Shown here: positions 1 through 8,804 of the stretch, one piece after another
Layout: every line of letters starts with the position of its first letter
Position numbering within the stretch: the stretch's first letter is position 1
Assembly: GCA_918797485.1 (NCBI GenBank)
Contig: CAKKNE010000003.1
Location: 3,782,001-3,846,000, forward strand
Length of the DNA stretch: 64,000 nucleotides
Direction: 5' to 3'
Source of the DNA: Pelagomonas calceolata
Lineage: Eukaryota
The notes under the pieces: generated by a model
Told to the model about the DNA's origin: nothing
Database searches by the model: none
Seen by the model: only the letters and a program-made list of their open reading frames with translations
Program-made: the position numbers and the translations under genes

Positions 1-471
1 CATTTGGGCCCCGAGCTGACTGCCGAACTCCGACCCAACCGCCTTCATGGCGTCCACACCTTGTCTCATCGCTTGCTTGAGCTGCGCCGGGTCGTTGAAA
101 GCATCCGATTGCAACAACGCTTCGACCTGCTCGGACGCGCCGGGAATGGCATTAATCAGCGGGTTGTTCTTGATCGTCGCCTTCAGCAGTTCCGGATTGG
201 CGAGCATCTCCTCCATCTCGGGCGAGTCCATCAGGGACTCCCACATGTCGCCCATGCCCGCGAACATGTCCTCGCCGCCCGCGCCGCCCGCGGCGCCCGC
301 TTGTTGGAGATTCTTCACCATGTCGTTGAGCTTGCTAAAGTCCGTGTCGCCGGCGGCGGGGTCCGCCGCGACGGGGGCATCTTTGTCCTTGTTCTTCCGC
401 CGGTTCACCCAGGGGTTTTGGGCCGCTGAGAGGCTGGTGAGGGCCAGCACCAACAAGCACCGCCGCGCCAT
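1..471 (-). CDS. Secreted/organellar protein with STI1-like (DP/NP, Met-rich) region; 3' end runs off the window
   Basis: Open minus-strand frame from ATG 471 to position 1, absent from the ORF track because it has no stop: MARRCLLVLALTSLSAA (signal peptide)...MMDSPEMEEMLANPELLK-like...FNDPAQLKQAM. Confidence 0.6.
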   Translation of the reverse strand, partial: MARRCLLVLALTSLSAAQNPWVNRRKNKDKDAPVAADPAAGDTDFSKLNDMVKNLQQAGAAGGAGGEDMFAGMGDMWESLMDSPEMEEMLANPELLKATIKNNPLINAIPGASEQVEALLQSDAFNDPAQLKQAMRQGVDAMKAVGSEFGSQLGAQM

Positions 472-891
472 GATGGTTGCTGTCGTCCTCTTGGATTTCG
501 TGCTGCAACGGACTGCTTTGCACTGCTGCGCAACGCTTTTGTCTTGAGAGTACGCTAGACGGCGGCGATCTCGCTCAATTAGCAAGCTCGTCAATCTCAA
601 TGCAGCCGCCTCCGCGTGGACGCCGGAGCTGGGTCGCGGCGACGGCGACGGAGCCGTCGCAGCACCTCTCGCCGGCGACCGATCGCGGTCCGCAAGGACG
701 CCTCGCGTTCGGTCGTCAACGCGCCCGCGGCGGCCGCGGACGCCAGGGCTCGAGCACTGGCCCCACGCCCGACGCTGTCGACGCGACGCGCCGACTAGTC
801 AGCCCAGACCGACCTGCCAGACGCCGTCATCGAGGCGGCCAGCGGCTCGAGCACTACAACGCCCGCCGCCGGTCGTCGCAACATAAGAAAC

Positions 892-1920
892 CTAGAAGCT
901 TACGCCCCGCGGGTCGTTGTATCTCTTCACAGACTCCCAGAAGTTGCCGGTAGTCCGCAGCGACTCCATCTGGGACGCGTTCGACCGGCGCGACTGGTTG
1001 AACGCTCTAGAAACAGACGTCCGCTCGAGTTCGTAGGCCCGGTTGTATCTTTTCGGGTTCAATACTGAACTTTGATAAAATTTCCCGAAACAGATCTTTT
1101 CCGAGTTGCGCAATCCAGACTCCCGGAACTTCATGTTCGGGTACATGGCTCGCAGCGCGTTCTCCCGGAGTAAATGCGGATTCAGGCTGTAGTGGCAGAG
1201 CCCGTCCGCGTTCCTACCTTTTTCCGCCTTGGCAGCTTCCCGCCCGCGCACCCTATACTGACCATCATCCCCCAATAAATCATCCACAGACTTCAGCCGC
1301 GTGTCCGTGATACCTCTTTGCCTTTTACGCACGACCTCTTCCTTCGACTCCTTCACGCGCAGTAACCAGAGTTCACACCGCCGCAGCCAGTCCAGCCGCA
1401 TCGTCTTGATCTGGAAGGGCGTGTAGTCCTTCTCGCGGATCGACTGGAGCGTCGCGACCGTCTCAGAATCCTTCTTCCGTAAAGAGCGCTGTGTTACGGC
1501 GTCCCGTTGCCGCTTGACGAAGTTCTCCTTGAAGGTCCCTTTCAACGTCCCGGTCGCGAACTCCTTCGCGAGCTGCTTGTAGATCCTCGTTTTTTGTTTA
1601 TCATTGAGCGCGCAGCCCGGTAAGGAGACATCCCGTCGAGGCACGCACAGCGGCCACGTCTGCTTGTGTTCACCGCTCGTAATCGCCGTCCGCAGAAAAT
1701 TCCCCTCCAGCAGCAAGTCCTCGCCCTTCTTTATTAACTCGAAATCGTCGAGTTTTTCGCACTTCTCCCATGCAATCTTTCTCATCAAGAGGTAGTCCGC
1801 CGTCAGGTCGATGCCGTCGCGCAGAAAACCAGCTAAGTACTCTTCTCGGGTCACGCGGCCGTCTCCATCCGCGTCGTACTCGTCGACCACTTCGAGCGTC
1901 GGGGCGTCGCCCCTGCCCAT
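892..1920 (-). CDS. Hypothetical protein with N-terminal EF-hand
   Basis: 342-aa ORF; DADGDGRVTREE is a canonical EF-hand loop; the rest is basic and unassigned. Confidence 0.65.
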   Translation of the reverse strand: MGRGDAPTLEVVDEYDADGDGRVTREEYLAGFLRDGIDLTADYLLMRKIAWEKCEKLDDFELIKKGEDLLLEGNFLRTAITSGEHKQTWPLCVPRRDVSLPGCALNDKQKTRIYKQLAKEFATGTLKGTFKENFVKRQRDAVTQRSLRKKDSETVATLQSIREKDYTPFQIKTMRLDWLRRCELWLLRVKESKEEVVRKRQRGITDTRLKSVDDLLGDDGQYRVRGREAAKAEKGRNADGLCHYSLNPHLLRENALRAMYPNMKFRESGLRNSEKICFGKFYQSSVLNPKRYNRAYELERTSVSRAFNQSRRSNASQMESLRTTGNFWESVKRYNDPRGVSF

Positions 1921-2191
1921 GGTTGCTTGGTGCTACTGCTGGGGCAGCCCTTTTTGGTGCGGCTGTCGGCGCGGCTCGTTGCAACGCGGTGCCGTTCTAC
2001 CTTGCGTGGCGTGCGTCGCGGGTCTGCTGCGTCGGTCCGGGCGCGGCGGGATGCGAGTGCTCGTTTATGTCCGGAGAGCTTGCGTTAAAGTCCAGGCTCT
2101 CGCGCCGAGACGCGGCGGACGCGCTCCGCGGCGATGCAGCTATGCGCGAGCGTGCCTTCGACTGCTCTACGGGTTCTTTGGACGGATGCAA

Positions 2192-2216
2192 GCTAGCGGC
2201 CGGTAAGACACTAGCA
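2192..2216 (+). promoter_or_regulatory. Conserved intergenic CTAG-n-CTAG motif copy
   Basis: gctagcggccggtaagacactagca between divergent genes; near-identical to copies at 8852, 16180 and 16233. Confidence 0.55.
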
Positions 2217-2478
2217 ACACTGGCAAAGCGAGTCGGGCGTGGGCGCTGCAGCATAGCAATCGCTGCGGGGAGTTTGTGCCTGCTGTGGCATTGATTCGCG
2301 CCAGAGCGAGCTGCGCAACAGGCTGCGAAACTCTCGCGTTGGGAAGGCTGGCCGCATAGACTATCTCCCAGCGCCGACTCGGGAGGCAGCAGCGCCGCAG
2401 CGATCGACGCCGTCGACGCGCCACCTCACAGGACGTCCTACCGCATTAGTCGCAAGGCGCAGGATCGACAGGACGAGC

Positions 2479-3594
2479 ATGGCCCAAGTCTGGTGCGTCT
2501 ACGACGTCCAGGGCGACCGCGACGCCGGCGAAAACGCCTTTGAAGTGTTTTGTAGTGATCCGGATGCCCCAACGCTCGCTGAATTGCAACGCTCGTGCCC
2601 CTTCACGTCCACGGGCGGCGACTGGCGCTGGCGGGCGAAGGTGGCTGATGACGTCTTCGGCTACTGCTGGCGCGACGTCCGGGACGCGCACGAGCCTGTG
2701 GGCGCCGAGCAAAGCGGCGATGCGCTCGTCGTGCGCATGCGGGTGGTCGATGTGTCTCCACAAGCCATCGCGCGGCGCCGGCTGAAACCAGGCAGAATGC
2801 CGCGGGCGCGGCGCGCCGCCAAGGGCTACGCCGATGCTCCGACTGGAGGCGGCCGCGCGACGTGGGAGGAAGCGAGTCGCGCGAACGGCTCAAGAGCGCA
2901 CGTGCCGCCGCCCTCGCAAAGAGCGCCGCCGCCGAAGCCGCCTCCTAGAAAACCTTCACTGGACATGGTCGACCTCGGCGCCGCGCCTGAACCACCAAAA
3001 AAGAATGCCCAGTCCCTCTCGCAAGACACCGTCCAACAGCTCGTGAGGGAGGGCAAGATGCGCTGGGACGACGTGGACCAGCGCTACGTCGCCGTCGAGG
3101 TCGTCGAAGAGGTTCGTATCGGTATCCAGGCCGTGTCTATTGGGAACGAGGACTTGTCCTCGAAGGCTCCCGAGGTGCAGCAGGCCATCCTCGAGCGGAG
3201 GCAGGCCTTACAAGATGCGCAGGAGGAGAAGCGGGCTAGACTAAGGGCGCAGCGGTCCGCCGCCGAGAGCGAGGCCGACGCGCAAATCGCTCTCAAAGCG
3301 CAACTGGATCCTCAGTTAAAGCGGTGGAGCGAGGACCACGGCAAGAAGAAGAACATCCGGGCGCTATTGGCGGGCATGGACCAGGTCATGTGGGAGGGGA
3401 GCGGCTGGAAACCCATCTCGATAGGCGACCTGCTCGAGCCGAAGAAGGTCAAGCGGGCCTACTACAAGGCGTCGCGCTTCGTGCACCCGGACAAGCTCGT
3501 TAATTTATCGATCGAGCAGCGCTTCGTCGGGAAGCGGATCTTCGATGCCTTGTCCCAGGCGTACGCGGAGTTCGAGGAGAGCGGGATGGGGTGA
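2479..3594 (+). CDS. Auxilin-like J-domain protein with N-terminal DIX-like domain
   Basis: C-terminal NIRALLAGMDQVMWEGSGWKPISIGDLLEPKKVKRAYYKASRFVHPDKL (auxilin-type J domain, HPD); coiled coil; N-terminal DIX-like segment (FGYCWRDV). Confidence 0.85.
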   Translation: MAQVWCVYDVQGDRDAGENAFEVFCSDPDAPTLAELQRSCPFTSTGGDWRWRAKVADDVFGYCWRDVRDAHEPVGAEQSGDALVVRMRVVDVSPQAIARRRLKPGRMPRARRAAKGYADAPTGGGRATWEEASRANGSRAHVPPPSQRAPPPKPPPRKPSLDMVDLGAAPEPPKKNAQSLSQDTVQQLVREGKMRWDDVDQRYVAVEVVEEVRIGIQAVSIGNEDLSSKAPEVQQAILERRQALQDAQEEKRARLRAQRSAAESEADAQIALKAQLDPQLKRWSEDHGKKKNIRALLAGMDQVMWEGSGWKPISIGDLLEPKKVKRAYYKASRFVHPDKLVNLSIEQRFVGKRIFDALSQAYAEFEESGMG

Positions 3595-3620
3595 GTAGGT
3601 GTGTGTTGTTTACTTGAATC

Positions 3621-4757
3621 TTACGCGGCGACGTCCTCGCGCTTCATTCGTGCACCCTCGAGAATCGCGAGGGCACGTATTGTCTCCGGGTGATGATTTC
3701 CGAAGACTCGTCGGCGGGCTCTCACCACATCCTCGAGTATTGTCACGGCCTCTAAAACATCAGCTCGGGACGCGCCCGCGTCGCTGTAGAGGGCCTCCGC
3801 AAAGGCCGCGTGGCAGTTCAGCGTCATTACGTGATTGGACCCGAGCGCCCGCCGGCACTGTGGGATGAGCTTGCCCGCAAATTCCTTCGCTTCGGCGTAT
3901 TGCCCTTGCTGAATTAACGAATGTGCAAGGTTGTTGCCGGTGTGAAGCGTACTTTTGTTTGTCGTTCCAAGTAGTTCCTTGCATCTAGCGTAAACATCAC
4001 GCTCCATCGCGAGAGCCTCGTCTAGTCGCCCGAGCGAGTGGAGACAATTGGCAAAATTGGATCTGGTGACGATAATGGGGTATTCTGATATCCCGAGACG
4101 CCTCTGAGTGGCCAACTGGACCTCAACTATAGCCAGCCGCTCCGCGTGACGTTCCGCTGCCCACAACCCATTCCCGAGCACCGTTAGCGCATTGACTCGA
4201 GCCCAATCCGTCTCCGGCCGGCCCACGTACGTCTTCCAGCAAGCCCACCCGAGCGCGCACCACACGAAGCCGTGGTATCGTTGCTCGCAAAGGCCGCACT
4301 CTTCCCAACGCATCCACCTCTTATCAAACGCCTCGCCGTCCAAGTCTGTCTCCTCGCCCTCGTCACACAAAATCTTTGCTTGCCGCGCCAAGCACGACAC
4401 GTGCGCGACGCCCAGTTCCGGAGACGAAACGCCGTCGCGATCTCCGCACGCACATCCGCGCACGAGGCCTTCTCCCGTGTGCGGATGCACGGCCTCGAGA
4501 CAGATGTAGCATTTTTGCCCTTCGTGTCGTCCGCGGCACGCCTCGACCGCGACCGCGACGGCCTCCTTGTATTTTTTGTCGGCGTAGTATTGCTCCGCGT
4601 TGCCGCCGCGGTGTATTTTTTTGCAGATCTGCTTGTGGCCGCGGCGCCAGTGGTCCATCTGGCAAGTTTTGTTACAATATCTTGTGTGACAGCGTATGCA
4701 TCGCGGCGCGTCGTGGGCCAGTGGGGCGGCGCAGGCGGGGCAGGTTGTGAGGATCAT
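3621..4757 (-). CDS. zf-MYND + RING-variant + TPR protein (expanded pelagophyte family)
   Basis: CPAC..CIRC..YCNKTCQMDHWRRGHKQIC (MYND); CYIC..CAC..HVSCL..CGLC (RINGv-like); kinesin-light-chain-type TPRs (RRVFGNHHPET). Confidence 0.8.
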   Translation of the reverse strand: MILTTCPACAAPLAHDAPRCIRCHTRYCNKTCQMDHWRRGHKQICKKIHRGGNAEQYYADKKYKEAVAVAVEACRGRHEGQKCYICLEAVHPHTGEGLVRGCACGDRDGVSSPELGVAHVSCLARQAKILCDEGEETDLDGEAFDKRWMRWEECGLCEQRYHGFVWCALGWACWKTYVGRPETDWARVNALTVLGNGLWAAERHAERLAIVEVQLATQRRLGISEYPIIVTRSNFANCLHSLGRLDEALAMERDVYARCKELLGTTNKSTLHTGNNLAHSLIQQGQYAEAKEFAGKLIPQCRRALGSNHVMTLNCHAAFAEALYSDAGASRADVLEAVTILEDVVRARRRVFGNHHPETIRALAILEGARMKREDVAA

Positions 4758-5071
4758 TTTTGTGGCGTGAGGCGTTTGGGGTCGCGCGTCGTGATTTTGT
4801 TTCTAGTAGCTTACAACGCTAGCTTGGCAATTTTTCAGAACGCGACGGGGGAGCTCTGAGCGGGTCCTCGGTAAGTTGTTGGTGTGTCCCTATTGCGTGC
4901 TCAGGCTCAGGCTAGTTACGTCGCGGGGTCCCCCGTACCCTCCCGGTCCCCCCGGGCCCGCCCGTCCGGCAGGACTACGCAGGCTAGTATGTATCGACGC
5001 TAGGCCGAGGAGATTTCCTCCGCGTGGAGCATCTCCATAAAAATCCAGCCCACGTGCTCACAATCGCAACG

Positions 5072-5909
5072 ATGAAGGCCGCCGCCCTCCTCCTCGCCCT
5101 CGCGGCGTCGACGCATGCCACCGTGCTCACGCCTGACAACTACGACGACCTCACCCAGGACAAGAGCGTGACCCGCGGCGTCCGCGGCGCGCATGCATGC
5201 ATTTTTGTAGCGCGCGCACGTCCGCGTACCCGCACCGCACCAGGCGCATACGCTGCGCGCGCGCGCGGCGCGAAACCGCGACGCGCGCAAAGACTGCGGA
5301 CCCGCTCGACGCGCGCGTAACTCACACGCCATCGCCGCGACCCGCCACAAAACGCAGGTCTTCATCAAGTTCTTCGCGCCCTGGTGCGGCCACTGCAAGA
5401 AGCTGAAACCCACCTGGGACATACTCATAGACGAGTACAAGGGCCACAAGGACATTTTGGTCGCCGACGTCGACTGCACGGCCGAGGGCAAGCCCCTCTG
5501 CGACGCGAATGGAGTGAAAGGATTCCCGACGCTCAAGTACGGCGACCCGAGCGACCTCCAGGACTACCAAGGTGGGAGAGACGAAAAAGACCTCAAAAAG
5601 TTCGCGTCCGAGAAGCTCGGGCCCCAGTGCGGCGTCAAGAATTTGGACCTCTGCTCCGACGAGAAGAAGGCGCAGATCGCTTCGTTCCAAGCGATGGGTG
5701 CCGAGAAATTGGGCGAATTTATTGGAGAGCAGGAGGCGAAGATCAAGGAGCTCAACGAAAACTTCAGCAAGCAAGTGGAAGACCTCCAGAAGCTCTACGA
5801 GGGCTACATGAAGGACAAGGAGGCCGCCGAGGCCGCGCTCAAGGGCCAGGGGCTGGGCCTCGCCAAGGCCGTGCGCAAGTCGCTCGAGGCCACGACGGAC
5901 GAGCTCTGA
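5072..5909 (+). CDS. Protein disulfide isomerase-like thioredoxin-domain protein, ER-resident; exons 5072-5167 and 5358-5909
   Basis: Signal peptide MKAAALLLALAASTHA; splicing GT-AG intron 5168-5357 joins DKS|VFIKFFAPWCGHCK in frame; GFPTLKY; C-terminal TDEL. Confidence 0.9.
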
Positions 5910-6073
5910 GGGGCGCGGGCGTGCGTGTCCTCCCCTATGCCCTATGACGCGGCGGCGGGCCTAGACCGGGTCCGCGGCCGCCGAGCCCCCCGCCGCCCGG
6001 CGCGGCCCCCGCGACCACGCGCCGCCCGCGTAAGGTGCGACTCGTGACATTGTCTCTTATACTCTAGATCGGC

Positions 6074-7525
6074 CTAGCCGACCTTCTTTGCGAAGAATGG
6101 GCCGCCAGCGGCGTAGCCGGAATTGCGATAATATGTAGAAGCTATTGGGCAGCAACCTCCTTCGATGCATGTTATCTCGTCCTCCAATCCGAACCCATTC
6201 GTCGGATAGCTGCGGCCGCCGCCGCCATCGTGGTATGTCCGCGTGTACGTTTCAGAACAGATGGACCACCAGGGGCACAGACCACATCTGAGGCCCGACT
6301 CCGCGTACCGGTCCTCGTCAAGCGCCTTCTTCCTCGTCCAGTAAAAGCACGAAAGTGGCCAAAGCGGAATACACGGGCTGCAACAGCAGCCGCACCAGGT
6401 GCCCGCGAGGTCCCTCGTCTCGACCTTGCGGAAGGGCCGTTTCTGCGAGTGTGGGCGTTTTTTGAAGCCTCCACCGGCCGTTCCATCGGCCGAGAACGTC
6501 ATCCAATCGAAATCATTGGTGCCCGGCTTGCGCGTCAAGACCTTACCATTCGCCCGCGGCCCAATACAAGAAGGGGGAACACAACACACCCACGAATCAA
6601 ACGTCTCGATCGCGTCGGGCCCGAACGGAATCACGGTCTTCGATCTGCAGCATCTCCCGTCCTCACACGGGGCCGAATACTCGCCCGAGATCTCGCCCGT
6701 GCTCAGCAGGCCGTCGTCCGGCGGGCCGGTGTGCAGGTCCTCCGGCGCGAGCGGCGGCGGGCGTCCTGCCCATTTCGATCTGTCGAGGCCTCCGCGCGGT
6801 AGCGTGACGCGGTAGACCGCCATTTGGTCCTGAGCTCCAAAATCCCCCTTATGAAAATCGACGACGCCCTCGAAGCCGGCGAAGCGGATGTTTTCATGCT
6901 TTATGTACTCCAGCCCGACAAGGCCGTGTCGCTGATAGCTCACGTCGTCCGCGCTGGCGGACCAGGAAAGCCGGGCACCCTCTCTCTCGCGACCAATTAC
7001 GAGAATGCCGCTCGGCGCGTTTTTCTGCACGAGCTCTTCGACGAGCCGGCCGAAGGCCACTCGGGCACCCGTGAAATCGTTCCATTCAATGTTCAGACCA
7101 TACTTTAACTTGACGGGCATCGCGCGGTCATCTTTTTTCTCGTGCCAGCGGCCGAGGAACTCGACAGAGCCGACTCCCTCGCCCGCGCCGCCCTCCGCGG
7201 GCGCCTCGCGCTCCATCACCTCACTTACGACCACGGGCTGCGTACTTGCTGCGGGCTCCGCGGGCCTCACGTCGACGGGCTCCGACTCTACGGCCTCCGC
7301 CGCGACGGGCTCCGCAGCGGCAGCGACGGCGGGCCGGTCGTCTGCAGCGTCGCTGTCAAGAAACGCGTTCGTGACGGCGACGAAGCCCGGCCACGCCTGA
7401 AGCACGCCCGGCGTCGCCGGGTACGGGCCCCAGGCGGCGCGCAGCGCGTCGCACTCCGGCCTGTTGTACCAGTCGGCCATGCGATGGTACATCTTTGTCT
7501 CGTCGGCGCTCGCCGCGGGAGCCAT
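6074..7525 (-). CDS. Hypothetical protein with Cys-rich C-terminal region
   Basis: 483-aa ORF with coding-like composition; WCGCCCSPC and other CC motifs; no family recognised. Confidence 0.55.
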   Translation of the reverse strand: MAPAASADETKMYHRMADWYNRPECDALRAAWGPYPATPGVLQAWPGFVAVTNAFLDSDAADDRPAVAAAAEPVAAEAVESEPVDVRPAEPAASTQPVVVSEVMEREAPAEGGAGEGVGSVEFLGRWHEKKDDRAMPVKLKYGLNIEWNDFTGARVAFGRLVEELVQKNAPSGILVIGREREGARLSWSASADDVSYQRHGLVGLEYIKHENIRFAGFEGVVDFHKGDFGAQDQMAVYRVTLPRGGLDRSKWAGRPPPLAPEDLHTGPPDDGLLSTGEISGEYSAPCEDGRCCRSKTVIPFGPDAIETFDSWVCCVPPSCIGPRANGKVLTRKPGTNDFDWMTFSADGTAGGGFKKRPHSQKRPFRKVETRDLAGTWCGCCCSPCIPLWPLSCFYWTRKKALDEDRYAESGLRCGLCPWWSICSETYTRTYHDGGGGRSYPTNGFGLEDEITCIEGGCCPIASTYYRNSGYAAGGPFFAKKVG

Positions 7526-7840
7526 CGCGAAGCTGCCCGCGGGAGTCGGTCGCGATGCAAATGGGCTGCCGCCCCGGGGAGCGTCTGGGGCTCGAGGCTC
7601 TCCCGACCCGCGCGAAGACGCGAAGACGAACGAATCAAATCATCATCGCCAGAAGAGTCGCCCGACGCCTCGGCGCGACCCCGGCGCCCCGAGGTGTACA
7701 TGCGAGAGAAGCACAAAACACAAACCAAAGCGCCTCTGGCAGCGCTGTGGCCGTGCGCACGCCATCGACGCGGCCGCCGCGACCCGGGCAGCGCACTCGA
7801 AGACGCGTGCACCAGGCAGCCATCGCAGAGGGCAGCCCCC

Positions 7841-8353
7841 ATGGCCCAGACCGCTGCCGATGCTTTCGACTACAGCGCAATTAATTTGCACATGGCGAAA
7901 CAACTCGTCAAGGACCTGCTCGAGGCCTTCGACGCCGAGGGGAATCGGACGAGGCTGGCCCGGGCGCTCGTGACTGCGCAGGAGAAGACCGATGCGCTGA
8001 TGTTAACCGTCACGCCGCTCGCCGTCGACATTGCGTCCGAAGCCTTATCAAGGTGGGGCATTGTTGAAAACGAGGGCGACGCCTTCGTGCGTGTGATGGA
8101 GCGCATCTCGCTATTAGCTCCTAGAGATGAAGAGTTGTCGTACGACGTGTATCAGCTTCACCAGAAATTTCTGCCCGTACCGCCCAAAGAGTTACTGGAA
8201 GCGGAAGCCAAACGAGTCAAGGAGGAGCTCCGGCAGAAAAAACGAATGGAGCAGCAGGCGAAGGAGGAAGAAGAAGCCGCAGCCGAGGCTCAACGAAAGG
8301 CGGAAGCGAGGCAGTTCGCGCGGGAGACGTTCGGCGAGGGGACGACCGCTTGA
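7841..8353 (+). CDS. Protein C10 (C12orf57/Grcc10)-like helical protein with C-terminal coiled coil
   Basis: From ATG 7841: MLTVTPLAVDIASEALSRWGI...DEELSYDVYQLHQKFLP resembles the P_C10 domain pattern (ends L..KFLP). Confidence 0.55.
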   Translation: MAQTAADAFDYSAINLHMAKQLVKDLLEAFDAEGNRTRLARALVTAQEKTDALMLTVTPLAVDIASEALSRWGIVENEGDAFVRVMERISLLAPRDEELSYDVYQLHQKFLPVPPKELLEAEAKRVKEELRQKKRMEQQAKEEEEAAAEAQRKAEARQFARETFGEGTTA

Positions 8354-8804
8354 GTAAGGTGTTGTTGTGTTGCTCGTAGTGCGGCGACGGCGTCTCTGGC
8401 GGCGTCTCTCGTGGTTCGCGACGGCGCGGCCGGCTTTCGCGGCGAGCCCTGTGCACTTCTCGCCTAAATCTAGAGCCTAAATCGGCGCACGAGTCGCCGT
8501 CGTCGTCGGGCCGCGGCGTGGGCGCGGGCGCGGGCTCGTCGTCCTGTGCGCTGATTAGTTGTGCCTCCGACGCCCAAGCGTCCCGCGGGCAAGCTCGGTA
8601 GTCAAATGCGGAGCTAGGCGTACCCTAGAAGTCCGGGGAGCCGTCTCCCGGACCCGTAGTCGTAATAGAGGTGCCGCGCGCGGCGGCCAATAGCGCCGCT
8701 CTCAAGCTTTGAAACCGGTGCAGAGTTTCGCGCGTGTGCTGCACGCGAGAACGCGAGGCGTTTTGTGCACGCTCGCGTGCCTTTCTAAAGGCCAATTGAC
8801 AGAA

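Noticed and set aside
5382..5396. Possible selenoprotein PDI (pelagophytes are selenoprotein-rich)
   Set aside because: Active site is TGG-TGC-GGC-CAC-TGC (WCGHC); no in-frame TGA
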